A stretch of 64,000 bases of DNA from an uncultured Armatimonadetes bacterium (GTDB taxonomy: Bacteria > Armatimonadota > Hebobacteria > Hebobacterales > Hebobacteraceae), in NCBI GenBank assembly GCA_963716175.1, contig OY970296.1:448001-512000 (forward strand), in the 5' to 3' direction. Position numbers and translations under genes: made by a program. The notes below the pieces were generated by a model that did no database searches, was not told where the DNA came from, and saw only the letters and a list, made by a program, of their open reading frames with translations. Positions 47,879-56,736 of the stretch are shown piece by piece (the first letter of the stretch is position 1; every line of letters begins with the position of its first letter).

Positions 47879-48045
47879 CGTGCTCTTCCCGCGCGCACGC
47901 CGGCTTGGCCACAGGCCGGGCCGGCGCACCTCATCATGCCCTAATTTCCACGAGAATGCAAGTTCTTCCCTCCTTGCTCCGTTGGATATGGGCGGCCACA
48001 TATACCGCGGACACAGCCAAAAAACTTGTGCGCGAATGCCAGGGA

Positions 48046-48056
48046 TGTGGTATCCT
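48046..48056 (+). promoter_or_regulatory. Extended -10 promoter for the microprotein
   Basis: TGTGGTATCCT, identical to the extended -10 upstream of the TPR gene at 35721; TTGTGC lies 19 nt upstream of TATCCT. Confidence 0.5.
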
Positions 48057-48128
48057 CACACGGAAATGCAGTCTGGAATCGCGGTGGTCCCGCGGACGTT
48101 AACTCCCTCTTGAAAGGGGGTGGCACGG

Positions 48129-48188
48129 GTGAGCTGTGGAAGCTGTGGGAAGAAGGCGGCCCCGAAGAAGACCAAGAAGAAGAAGTAG
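48129..48188 (+). CDS. 19-aa CxxC / Lys-rich microprotein MSCGSCGKKAAPKKTKKKK
   Basis: AAAGGGGGTG RBS, GTG start, all Lys codons AAG, TAG stop, downstream hairpin. Confidence 0.65.
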   Translation: MSCGSCGKKAAPKKTKKKK

Positions 48189-48228
48189 GCCGCAGCAGTA
48201 GCGCCCGCCACGCGCGGGAACTGAACCG

Positions 48229-48265
48229 AGGCCGGCCTCCCAAGCAGGAGGCCGGCCTTCGCTTT
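48229..48265. terminator. Intrinsic terminator-like hairpin between convergent genes
   Basis: AGGCCGGCCTCC-N6-GGAGGCCGGCCT followed by TCGCTTT on plus. Confidence 0.7.
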
Positions 48266-48296
48266 CCGCTCACATGTTCAAGCAGCCGACCGGTGA

Positions 48297-50288
48297 TTAG
48301 CTGGGCGGCTGATGGATGCCGAAGATGGCCGAGAGCAGGGCCAGGCCAGCGTCGGTGAGATAATCCCCCAGCACCAGGCCCAGGAAGGCCGGGCGGAAGG
48401 CCCGGTACAACCTGAGCCCGCCGTAGCGCCGGATCAGAGTCGTCAGCGCCCAGGCGATGAACACATTCACCCACATGGAGCGGTTGGTCTCATAAGAGCT
48501 GGCGATGAGAAAGCCCACCGGGCTCAGGGGCCACCACACGAAACTGCTGTGGAGCCACACCAGCAGCACGGTGAAGGCTCCCCCTAGCACCAGGGCGACG
48601 CGAAGCCAGTTGTCCGGCGCCTCCGGAGCGCGCAGGCTGGAGTCCAACTCCCCGAAAGCCCAGTGCGGGTAGCTGTAGAAGGGCCAGCTCTCGAGGCTGG
48701 TGGCACCGTGCTGGTAGAGCACGTAGATCAAGGCCGGGATGCCAAACCCCACCATCGCGACCAGCGCCAGCGCCGCAGCCCACGGCCAGGCGCGGCCCCG
48801 CAGCCGGCCGGCCTGGAGCAGCTTGAAGCTGTCCATGATCTGGGGCATGGCCAGGTTCATGGGGTCATACATGTAGATGACAGAAAGATAGGAGTACAGG
48901 GTGAGCGAAGGCGCGCCTATGGGCACCGCGCCCACCGTCCGCATCATCACCATCCGGGGGAAGAAGCCAGTGTCCACGTACATCACTCCCCCGGCCGCCA
49001 CCAGCCGCGAGGCCCCCACCAGCACCGCGTAGAACATCCCTATCAGTCCCGCAAACGCCCACCAGGACATGCCCGCCTTCACCGCCCACCAGACCATGAA
49101 GCCGTTGGCCAGCAAGAACCCCATCACCGCCCAGCGGCCCGCCAGCGGCCCGTACGGGTCCGCCTCCTTGGGCCCCCGCCCCACCAGTCCCAGCAAGCCT
49201 GACGCGATGGCCTTGCGGGACTGATAGAGGAGCACCGCGGTGAGGGCGATGAAACCCCCCGCTTCCTCGAAGCCGACAAAGACGCGGGGGTTGATCGCCA
49301 CCGCCGCCGTGCCTCCCTCCTCCGCCACCCCGAACGCGCCCCACACCAGCAGCTGCAGCCGGAAGAAGGCATAGAAGAACCAGAGGCTGAGGGACACTTC
49401 TGCCGGAAGCAAGCAGGTGATACCGATGATGGGGAAGATGATGGAGAACGACATGTCGGAGAGCACGTTCCAGGGCAGGCTCATACCGGAGAAGTAGCGC
49501 CCTATCCGCAGATCCCAGAGCGCAGGGGACGGGATGCTGGGGAAGATGCGGTGGAACCAGCCCAGCAGCGAGAGAGTGGCGGGAAGGGCGAATCCCAGCC
49601 AGAAGATGCGGTTGCTGAGCAAGCTGCCACGAAGGGTGGGGCGGGGTTCACTGCCGGTGATGGAGAGAGGCACGTCCACCAGGGGAAAGGCCAGCCGCTG
49701 GCGCTCGATCCAGTCTCTACTCAGCAGCGCACCCAGACAGAAAATGCCGGCCATCAGGGCCAGGGTGAAGGCCGACCAGGCCACCATCGGTGCCGCCCAG
49801 GCGGCCCAGGGCAGAGGGAGGCCCTGGGGCAGACCTTCCCAGAACCAGTCGTTCGCCTGGAGCGGCTCGAGCCTCAGCCACAGCGGCACGTTGGGCCAGA
49901 TCGAGTGCTGCCAGTTATTCTCTGGCCGGGCCATGTAGAAGGGAAAAGTGGTGGCCGAGACCAGGTAAGGCAGCCCGCCCTGCATCGCCAGCCCCACGGA
50001 GATGATCAGCATGCCATAGGCCACCAGCAGCTCGCCGCGAGTGAAGGCGCGGCCCGGCCAGAACCGGAGCAGGGCCCCGTTTAGCAGCACCAGCACGAAT
50101 AGAACCACCACCGGGCTGCTCAGCAGGGAACCGGAGCCTACCGACCAGGTGCGGCTGACGAAGGCGAGATAGGGGTTGATGGAGGCGAGGAGAGCGACGC
50201 TGAGAGCTCCGAGCAACACCGCCCGCGGGGTAATGGGGTTGACAGTCCGATCCTGGGCCTCGAGCTGTGCCGGATTGCCGCGTTCCAC
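48297..50288 (-). CDS. Polytopic membrane protein, DUF6785/DUF6784-like (OPT-related)
   Basis: About 16 TM; ELLVAYGML, W..RQRLAFPL, WWPLSPVGF, RYGG..LYRAFRPAFLGLVLGD recognised from memory of this family. Confidence 0.7.
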   Translation of the reverse strand: MERGNPAQLEAQDRTVNPITPRAVLLGALSVALLASINPYLAFVSRTWSVGSGSLLSSPVVVLFVLVLLNGALLRFWPGRAFTRGELLVAYGMLIISVGLAMQGGLPYLVSATTFPFYMARPENNWQHSIWPNVPLWLRLEPLQANDWFWEGLPQGLPLPWAAWAAPMVAWSAFTLALMAGIFCLGALLSRDWIERQRLAFPLVDVPLSITGSEPRPTLRGSLLSNRIFWLGFALPATLSLLGWFHRIFPSIPSPALWDLRIGRYFSGMSLPWNVLSDMSFSIIFPIIGITCLLPAEVSLSLWFFYAFFRLQLLVWGAFGVAEEGGTAAVAINPRVFVGFEEAGGFIALTAVLLYQSRKAIASGLLGLVGRGPKEADPYGPLAGRWAVMGFLLANGFMVWWAVKAGMSWWAFAGLIGMFYAVLVGASRLVAAGGVMYVDTGFFPRMVMMRTVGAVPIGAPSLTLYSYLSVIYMYDPMNLAMPQIMDSFKLLQAGRLRGRAWPWAAALALVAMVGFGIPALIYVLYQHGATSLESWPFYSYPHWAFGELDSSLRAPEAPDNWLRVALVLGGAFTVLLVWLHSSFVWWPLSPVGFLIASSYETNRSMWVNVFIAWALTTLIRRYGGLRLYRAFRPAFLGLVLGDYLTDAGLALLSAIFGIHQPPS

Positions 50289-50409
50289 CTGCTCTCCTGC
50301 CGCGCTCTATTCTCCGGTGCTTCCGCCGGGTCCTGTTGCGGAGGAGTTGGCTGCGCAGCGGCGAACGGAGGCCGCCACCGTTGCTCGCGAAGCCCCCGGG
50401 GAGGACGAC

Positions 50410-51453
50410 ATGAGAAGAGCGAAGGCGAAGCTGCGCGCGGGCGTGATCGGGATCGGCATGGGCCGGCTGCATATGGAGGGATATGCCACCCATCCGCGCA
50501 GCGAGCTGCTGGCGGTATGCGATCTCAATGTGGCCAGGGCAAAGGCATTGGCGGAGAGATGCGGCGCCCGCTACGTCTTCCGCGACTGGCGCCAGCTCAT
50601 CGCCATGGATGAGCTCGACCTGGTCTCGGTGGCAGTTCCCAATTATCTCCATGCCCGCATGACCATCGCCGCCCTGCGGGCCGACAAACACGTGCTGTGC
50701 GAAAAGCCGATGGCCACCCGGCTGGAGGACGCGGAGATCATGGCCCGGGAGGCGAAGCGGGCGAAGAAGCGGCTGATGGTAGACATGAGCTATCGTTTCG
50801 ACCCGCTGCAGCAGGAGATGTGGCGCCGCATCCGGCGGGGCGACCTGGGCCGCATCTACTACGCCAAGTCGCACTACACGCGGCGCAAGGGCATCCCGCT
50901 GGGGGCCAGCGCCTGGTTCATCAACAAGCGCCAGGCCGGGGGAGGACCCAGCGTTGATCTCGGTGTCCACGCCTTCGATCTGGTGTGGTGGCTGATGGGG
51001 TCGCCCAGGCCCACCTGGGTGCTGGGCTCGACCTATGCCGAACTGCTGCCAGAGCGAGCGTCGCAGATGGGGGTGAAGGGCGATGTGGACGATCTCGCTG
51101 CTGCCGTGGTGAAGTTCGATACCGGCCAGACCATCTTCTTCGAGGCGAGCTGGGATGGGCACGTTCCTGGGCATGAGGGCTACGAGCTTTACGGGACCAA
51201 GGCCGGGGCCACTTGCCACGACTGGGAGAGCGATCTCAAGGTGACCATCCATTCCGACGACCGCCGCGGCAGGTCGGTGGACAGGCCGGTGAAGGCCACC
51301 CGCAAGACGCCTAGCGCCTATTGGCACTTCGTAGATGCCTGCTTGGATCGGCGCCTGAAGATGACCGCCTCCGCCGAAGAGTGCTTGCACGTGGCCCGGG
51401 TGCTGGATGCCATGAACCGATCGCAGAAGACCGGCAAAGCGATCATGCTGTAG
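50410..51453 (+). CDS. Gfo/Idh/MocA oxidoreductase
   Basis: GVIGIG, VAVPNYLH, HVLCEKP, GGGPSVDLGVH. Confidence 0.93.
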   Translation: MRRAKAKLRAGVIGIGMGRLHMEGYATHPRSELLAVCDLNVARAKALAERCGARYVFRDWRQLIAMDELDLVSVAVPNYLHARMTIAALRADKHVLCEKPMATRLEDAEIMAREAKRAKKRLMVDMSYRFDPLQQEMWRRIRRGDLGRIYYAKSHYTRRKGIPLGASAWFINKRQAGGGPSVDLGVHAFDLVWWLMGSPRPTWVLGSTYAELLPERASQMGVKGDVDDLAAAVVKFDTGQTIFFEASWDGHVPGHEGYELYGTKAGATCHDWESDLKVTIHSDDRRGRSVDRPVKATRKTPSAYWHFVDACLDRRLKMTASAEECLHVARVLDAMNRSQKTGKAIML

Positions 51454-51579
51454 GGCGGGGTCTCCCGATGGCTAGGCCCTTCGGGCCGCCATCCCGGCCT
51501 CTACAGGCTTAGGGACCCCGCCAGGTGTGTCCAGAAGACAGCGCTCACTACACGGCGGGCATGGGAATGCCCGCCCTAC
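51450..51579. repeat. GTAG REP cluster
   Basis: GTAGGGCGGG...CCCGGCCTCTAC and GGCGGGCATGGGAATGCCCGCCCTAC, the latter near-identical to 41377-41400. Confidence 0.7.
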
Positions 51580-51610
51580 AAGGGCTTGCCACTCAGAAAG
51601 GAATCGCCCA

Positions 51611-52465
51611 ATGATGCCTCCCGCCATCTGGACCGGGATCTATGCGGCGAAGAACACCTGCGACACACTGCGGGCACTGCGCGCCATGGGCTGGCAGTGG
51701 TTCGAGCTTTCCACCGAGCACTTGCACCAGATCGAGCAGCACAGCCGCCAGCAGGAGCAGATCGGGGCCGTGCGGGCGACTTTGGAAGAGTTAGCAGCGA
51801 GAATGCCCCAGGCCCACGCCCACCTGGAGGCGGACATCGCCCATCCTGATGAGTCACGGCGCGAGGCCGACATGGAGCGCATCCGGCGCGAGCTGATCTG
51901 CTGCGCGGACCTGGGCGTTGAGTACGTCGTTCTTCATCCCGGCACCGGCGAAGGGCACAGCAGCCCGGAGGAGCTTCGCCCTATCTACCAGCTCGATCTG
52001 CGGAATCTGTCACGCCTCGCCGACCAGGCCGGGGAGCTGGGGGTGAGGATCGGGCTGGAGAACACCATGGATTACTCGGGGAGGCGGCACTTCGGCGCCA
52101 GGCCTAGCGAACTGCTGGACTTGCTGGCCGACCTCGACCACCCCGCGCTGGGCATCTGCGTTGACACCTCCCATGCCCATGTCCAGAAGCTCGATATCGG
52201 GGCCGCGATACGGGAGTTCGGCCAGCACCTGTGCGCGACCCATATCTCTGACAACGACGGCTCCGGGGACCAACACCTCACCCCTGGGAAAGGCACCATC
52301 AACTGGCCCGCGGTGATGGCCGCCTTCAAGGAGATCGGCTACCAGGGCATCTTCAACCTGGAGATCCCGGGCGAGTCCGAGTTTGGCACGCCGCCCACCC
52401 CGGAGGTGCTGGAGGCGCGCATTCGGGGCGCTTTCGAAGTCGCCCAGCGGCTAGTCAGTTCGTAG
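51611..52465 (+). CDS. Sugar phosphate isomerase/epimerase (xylose isomerase-like TIM barrel)
   Basis: VLHPG, IGLEN, CVDTSH, HISDNDGSGDQHLTPGKGTINW, NLE. Confidence 0.9.
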   Translation: MMPPAIWTGIYAAKNTCDTLRALRAMGWQWFELSTEHLHQIEQHSRQQEQIGAVRATLEELAARMPQAHAHLEADIAHPDESRREADMERIRRELICCADLGVEYVVLHPGTGEGHSSPEELRPIYQLDLRNLSRLADQAGELGVRIGLENTMDYSGRRHFGARPSELLDLLADLDHPALGICVDTSHAHVQKLDIGAAIREFGQHLCATHISDNDGSGDQHLTPGKGTINWPAVMAAFKEIGYQGIFNLEIPGESEFGTPPTPEVLEARIRGAFEVAQRLVSS

Positions 52466-52473
52466 GGGAGCTG

Positions 52474-52497
52474 GTAGGGCAGGTCCGCGACCTGCCC
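52474..52497 (+). repeat. GTAG REP
   Basis: GTAGGGCAGGTCCGCGACCTGCCC; 23 of 24 nt identical to 56484-56507. Confidence 0.75.
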
Positions 52498-52520
52498 AGC
52501 AATCTGGGTATGCTCCTGGC

Positions 52521-53729
52521 TCAAGCACCGGCGAGAACCTGCGCGATCCTCTCCCCCAAGAGCTGCTCGATCCATGGCTCGACCTCCCAGAAGCTCTTCA
52601 GGTCCTGGTACTCGCGGATGAACCTCTTGTCTCCCGCTTTGAGGCCTGACCTCGCCCGGATCATCAGGTTTTTCGTGGTGTGCTCGGGGGAGGCGAATTG
52701 CACCACATCGGTGCGATAGCCCACGATGCGCAGCACCAAGGCGCGGAAAGCGTCGGTGAGAATGTCGGCGGTTCTCTCCCCCAGAATGCCGTGGCGCAGC
52801 ACCGGGCGCATGACCTCGGCCTTGAGCTGGGTATGAAGCTCGTGCTGGCAGCACGGAGCGGCGAGGATGACGCGGCTTCCCCAGAGGATGCCCTGCGCGA
52901 GGGCCTCATCGGTGGCGGTGTCGCAAGCGTGCAGGCTCAGCACCACATCCGGCCGAGTCTGAGGCGCGAACTCGGCAATGCGAGCGACGTGGAACCCCAG
53001 GCCATCCCAGCCCAGGGAATCCCGCAGTTGGTCGCACTTCTCGATGATCTCTCGGTTGCTATCAACCCCGGTGACATGAGCAGGGATGCCGCGCAGGTGG
53101 TTCAGGTAGTGGTAGGCGCCGAAGGTGAGGTAGGCGTTGCCACACCCGCAGTCCACGATCTCAAGCGGGCCGGCAGCGAAGTCCGCCGGTTGCAGCATCT
53201 GCTGCATTAGCGTGAGAAACTCGTTGATCTGGTGGAACTTGCCCTGCATCGTCGCCCGCACCCGGCCGTTGCGATCCATGATGCCGATGGCCTGGAGGAA
53301 AGCGTCGGGCGCGTTGGCCGACAGCGGGTAGGCCTTCACCCGGTCGTGCGAGAGGTCGGGCTCGGATTCGGCGCGCGAGGGCTTGCCTCTCCCAATCAGC
53401 ACTCGGCCCCGCTTGGTGATGCGGACATGCAAATCACCCGAGGTGGACTGCGCCAGGAACTGAGTGAACGGGAGCGCGAGCAGCTCGTCCAGCCTGGCTG
53501 CAACGTCGTCTCCTGCGAAGTTCTTGGTGATGTCCTTGCGGCCATCGAAGTAGGAGAACTGCATCCGGCGCCGGCCCCTCAGCAGGACAGGGCGCACCAC
53601 TGCCTTGATCCACGGCACCTCCGCTCCCCGCAGCTTGCCGCTCACGGTGAGGCGCAGGAAGGTGGGCTCGTCGAGCACGGCCGCTCTCACCATCGCTCTG
53701 TAGTCTGCCTGCCGCTCGGACTTAGCCAT
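52521..53729 (-). CDS. SAM-dependent methyltransferase (Methyltransf_32-like)
   Basis: KFHQINEFL, IVDCGCGNAYLTF, SLHACDTATD, APCCQHE. Confidence 0.9.
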   Translation of the reverse strand: MAKSERQADYRAMVRAAVLDEPTFLRLTVSGKLRGAEVPWIKAVVRPVLLRGRRRMQFSYFDGRKDITKNFAGDDVAARLDELLALPFTQFLAQSTSGDLHVRITKRGRVLIGRGKPSRAESEPDLSHDRVKAYPLSANAPDAFLQAIGIMDRNGRVRATMQGKFHQINEFLTLMQQMLQPADFAAGPLEIVDCGCGNAYLTFGAYHYLNHLRGIPAHVTGVDSNREIIEKCDQLRDSLGWDGLGFHVARIAEFAPQTRPDVVLSLHACDTATDEALAQGILWGSRVILAAPCCQHELHTQLKAEVMRPVLRHGILGERTADILTDAFRALVLRIVGYRTDVVQFASPEHTTKNLMIRARSGLKAGDKRFIREYQDLKSFWEVEPWIEQLLGERIAQVLAGA

Positions 53730-54771
53730 GCACGTCTCCAGCACGCCATCGGGCCGGGCTCTCGATCCCGGCCAGTATCGTCTCGGCCGCCCATGCCAGC
53801 TCGCCTGGCGGCGCGTTCTTCCCCCCGATCAGCCAATCGAGGGCCGCGTCCAACGCAAATGCGAGCGCAAGAGCCACGGACCCTTGTTCCGCGGCCGCAC
53901 CCACCTCGGACCAGTAGCGGCGCAGGAATCGCCGAACCAGCCCCGTCCGCTCTCGAGGCACGACAGGGAGAGTCGCCAGCAGGCCGATGATGCAGCTTCC
54001 CAGATCGCGCTCGCACGGGTCCAGCCCCGCGTGGTCCCAGTCTATGATGCCCGAAAAGTGCTCACCTGTCACCATGATGTTGGGAGCCGAGAGATCGCGG
54101 TGTGCGAGGCCCGCGCGGCTTACGGAGACCGGGGTCGCAGCCAGCACTGCAGCTCCCTTGAGTATGATCTCCGCGATGCGCTGGTCGCCCCCGGTCGCCC
54201 GCTCCGTATACCACTGTGCGTCCTCCGCGAACATCGCCGCGACGCGCCGGCTGACTTCGTCGAGCGCGATCCCGCGCGAGCCAGCAGCCTTGCCATCAAG
54301 TCTTGTCAGGCGGGCGATTGAGGTGGCAAGCTCATCCACCAGCCTGGTCCTGCTAATCCCGCGGATCGCTCCGATGCAGCGATCCAGCGGCTCACCGCTA
54401 TAGCTGGTAAGGAGCGTTGGCAGGCCAAACAGGGCCGCTTCCCTCTCTATGCCAATGCTTGTGGGGACAGGTACTACGCCGCGCACAAGTTCGAGGGCCT
54501 TCGCATGGCGCCCCAGGCCGTCCTTTCCCGCATCCGAATCTTCATAGAACTTGATGCATATGCGGCCAGCTCGCGCGTCCTCACAGATGACTACGCGGCT
54601 CGCCGCTGGCGTCACCCCATCATCGCGGCCAGAGGTAGGATTCGTGATCGCTCGCACCTCACGCAGCCCGTACCTCGCCAGGCCGGTGACGACTCGCCGC
54701 CGGGCATCCGAGCCCGCCCTGGCGACATCCGCCGCATAGTCAACCGGGTTCATCATAGCTGTCAGCCCCAT
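53722..54771 (-). CDS. Aminoglycoside phosphotransferase / choline kinase family protein
   Basis: HRDLSAPNIMV and IIDWD motifs; start uncertain (54771 or 54756). Confidence 0.82.
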   Translation of the reverse strand: MGLTAMMNPVDYAADVARAGSDARRRVVTGLARYGLREVRAITNPTSGRDDGVTPAASRVVICEDARAGRICIKFYEDSDAGKDGLGRHAKALELVRGVVPVPTSIGIEREAALFGLPTLLTSYSGEPLDRCIGAIRGISRTRLVDELATSIARLTRLDGKAAGSRGIALDEVSRRVAAMFAEDAQWYTERATGGDQRIAEIILKGAAVLAATPVSVSRAGLAHRDLSAPNIMVTGEHFSGIIDWDHAGLDPCERDLGSCIIGLLATLPVVPRERTGLVRRFLRRYWSEVGAAAEQGSVALALAFALDAALDWLIGGKNAPPGELAWAAETILAGIESPARWRAGDVHG

Positions 54772-54948
54772 CGTCGAAGAGCTGCTCCCGATCCTGGGTG
54801 TTCACGCGCATTCCCTTCCTAGTGCCTCGGCGCTCTGTGCTGCCTGCGTTCCAGGCCTCGTCATGCCACCGGCGTCCACGCCGTCGGGTCCAGCGAGCGC
54901 CCCGGCGGCGCGGTGCGGCCCGAGGTTTGTCCTCGCGGTCCGGTGTCC

Positions 54949-55557
54949 TCATCGCGCCCCTCCTCTTCTCTCCTCCCATCTCTCGCGGGTGAGGTGAAAG
55001 CTGAGCCCGTCGTACCAGTCGCCGCGCACCTCGCGGCACCGGAGATCGCGCTGGATCAGCACGAAGCCGCACTTCTCGGCCACGCGCACCATGCGCAGGT
55101 TTCCGGACCAAGTCGCGGTATGAATGCTGGCAAAGTTGACTTGAGTGAACAGGTAGTCCATCCACAACCGAAAGGCCTCAGTGCCGAGGCCTCGGCCCCA
55201 GTAGGCGGACTCGCAGATATCCACGCCGATCCAGATGGTGCGCTCGGCCGGATCATAATGGTAGGAGTTGACCCAGCCAAGGAGCGGGCCGCCAATCGCC
55301 TGGATCCAGAGCTGCTTGCGGGGGGTGGGAAGCGGCTCGACCAGCTTCTCCAGGAAGCGGATTCGGGCCGCCTCGTGCTGCTCCGGCGGATCGGGAGAAG
55401 AGACACTCTTGCCCTCCCAAGGGGCATCCCAATCCTGCCAGATAGTCTCTACCGTATACCAGCGGCACCGCGCGTCGAAGTCCTCGGGAAGGGCATCGCG
55501 CAGCAGTACCCTCCGGCCCCGGATCTCGATCCGGCCGGTGTCTCCGCTTAGAGGCAT
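54949..55557 (-). CDS. GNAT acetyltransferase (RimJ/RimL-like)
   Basis: WDAPW, YWGRGLGTEA, TWSGNLRMVRVAEKCGF. Confidence 0.9.
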   Translation of the reverse strand: MPLSGDTGRIEIRGRRVLLRDALPEDFDARCRWYTVETIWQDWDAPWEGKSVSSPDPPEQHEAARIRFLEKLVEPLPTPRKQLWIQAIGGPLLGWVNSYHYDPAERTIWIGVDICESAYWGRGLGTEAFRLWMDYLFTQVNFASIHTATWSGNLRMVRVAEKCGFVLIQRDLRCREVRGDWYDGLSFHLTRERWEERRGGAR

Positions 55558-56462
55558 TACCTTCCTCCCATCTCCAGGAAGCTCTTCAGCCGCTGAGCGT
55601 CAACGGCGCCGGCGCGCACCGCTGCGGTCAGCGCACAGCCCTCCTCCCCTCCGTGGCCACAGTTGGAGAACCGGCAGTGGCCCAGATAGGGCCGGAGATC
55701 GGGAAAGGCGGCGGCCACCTGATCCGGCGAGACTTCCCACAGGGCGAGCTGTCGCAGCCCTGGGGTGTCGGCGATCCATCCGCCGAAAGGAAGCTGAAGG
55801 TAGGTGATAGAGGTGGTGGTGTGCCTTCCTTTGTGGGTCACCTCCCCTACTTCCCCTGTGCGCAGACGCAGACCGGGAGCGATGGTGTTGAGCAGTGACG
55901 ACTTGCCCACGCCAGAGGGCCCGATGATCACCGATCTGCGGTCCTTCAGCAGCTCCCGCAGCCCGCCCGTCCCCTCGCCCCGCAGGGCAGAGGTGTAGAG
56001 CAGGTGATCGGCCACTCGCTGATAGGTGACGATGCGCTGGCGGAGCCAGGAGGGCGGCGCCAGATCGCACTTGTTGATGCACACCACCCGGCGCAGGCCG
56101 GCCGCGGTCGCCACCACCAGCAACCGGTCGAGCATGGAGAAGTCGGGGCGCGGCTCAGCCGCCGCGAACACGATGATCGCCTGGTCCACATTCGCCGCGA
56201 GCGTCTGCTGGAGCGGCTCATTGCCGGCCGCGGTGCGAGAGAAGTCAGAGCCGCGCGGCAGCACTTGCTCGATCACGCCGCGATCGCACTCCAGCAGGCT
56301 GACATTCACCCGGTCGCCGGCAGCGACCGGCGCCGCCTTCCGGCGCTTATCTTTCTTCAGTTTTCCTCGCAGCACGCAGCGCACCACGCGCTGGTTCAAC
56401 AGCACATCGAAAACCGCCCCGTGATTCTCGATCACGGTCCCTTCGAGCAACTGATTGGTCAA
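55557..56462 (-). CDS. rsgA: Ribosome small subunit-dependent GTPase A
   Basis: OB fold, NKCD, GPSGVGKS, GRHTTT, DTPG, CRFSNCGH..C zinc finger. Confidence 0.95.
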   Translation of the reverse strand: MTNQLLEGTVIENHGAVFDVLLNQRVVRCVLRGKLKKDKRRKAAPVAAGDRVNVSLLECDRGVIEQVLPRGSDFSRTAAGNEPLQQTLAANVDQAIIVFAAAEPRPDFSMLDRLLVVATAAGLRRVVCINKCDLAPPSWLRQRIVTYQRVADHLLYTSALRGEGTGGLRELLKDRRSVIIGPSGVGKSSLLNTIAPGLRLRTGEVGEVTHKGRHTTTSITYLQLPFGGWIADTPGLRQLALWEVSPDQVAAAFPDLRPYLGHCRFSNCGHGGEEGCALTAAVRAGAVDAQRLKSFLEMGGR

Positions 56463-56483
56463 CTGGTCTTCCTCTCTGTCTAG

Positions 56484-56507
56484 GTAGGGCAGGTCCGGGA
56501 CCTGCCC
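56484..56507 (+). repeat. GTAG REP in the rsgA leader
   Basis: GTAGGGCAGGTCCGGGACCTGCCC. Confidence 0.75.
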
Positions 56508-56520
56508 GATTGGTCAGGCC

Positions 56521-56554
56521 AAAGCAAACGCCACAGGCCTCTCGGCCTGTGGCG
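56521..56554 (-). terminator. Intrinsic terminator in the rsgA leader
   Basis: CGCCACAGGCC-GAGA-GGCCTGTGGCG-TTTGCTTT on the minus strand. Confidence 0.8.
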
Positions 56555-56583
56555 GTAGATCGGCGTTCCGCTGACGAAAGGCG

Positions 56584-56661
56584 TCAGCGCGCTATCGCGT
56601 CCTCAGGCATAGGAGGCAGGTGGTGAGCTATTGGGTATAGGATGTAGGTGTTCTTGGTCAT
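56584..56661 (-). CDS. 25-aa putative leader peptide MTKNTYILYPIAHHLPPMPEDAIAR
   Basis: AAAGGAGG RBS, ATG, TGA; lies between a consensus promoter and the terminator. Confidence 0.65.
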   Translation of the reverse strand: MTKNTYILYPIAHHLPPMPEDAIAR

Positions 56662-56707
56662 CTCACACCCCCTCCTTTCCTGGGGAATGCACTGCCAGCC
56701 GAGCGAC

Positions 56708-56736
56708 AGTATACGCGCTGCGCCCAGCCTCGTCAA
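56708..56736 (-). promoter_or_regulatory. Sigma70-type promoter for the leader/rsgA unit
   Basis: TTGACG-N17-TATACT. Confidence 0.8.

Noticed and set aside
45695-47944. 749-aa plus-strand ORF, and similar long antisense ORFs (4866-6842, 21973-23100, 49915-51390)
   Set aside because: Shadow ORFs opposite well-supported genes in high-GC DNA; no recognisable motifs.
41397-48188. RiPP cluster hypothesis (radical SAM-SPASM + HlyD + ABC exporter + Cys-containing peptide)
   Set aside because: The genes are in four different transcription units, the peptide has no leader/core organisation, and no RRE or peptidase domain is evident.
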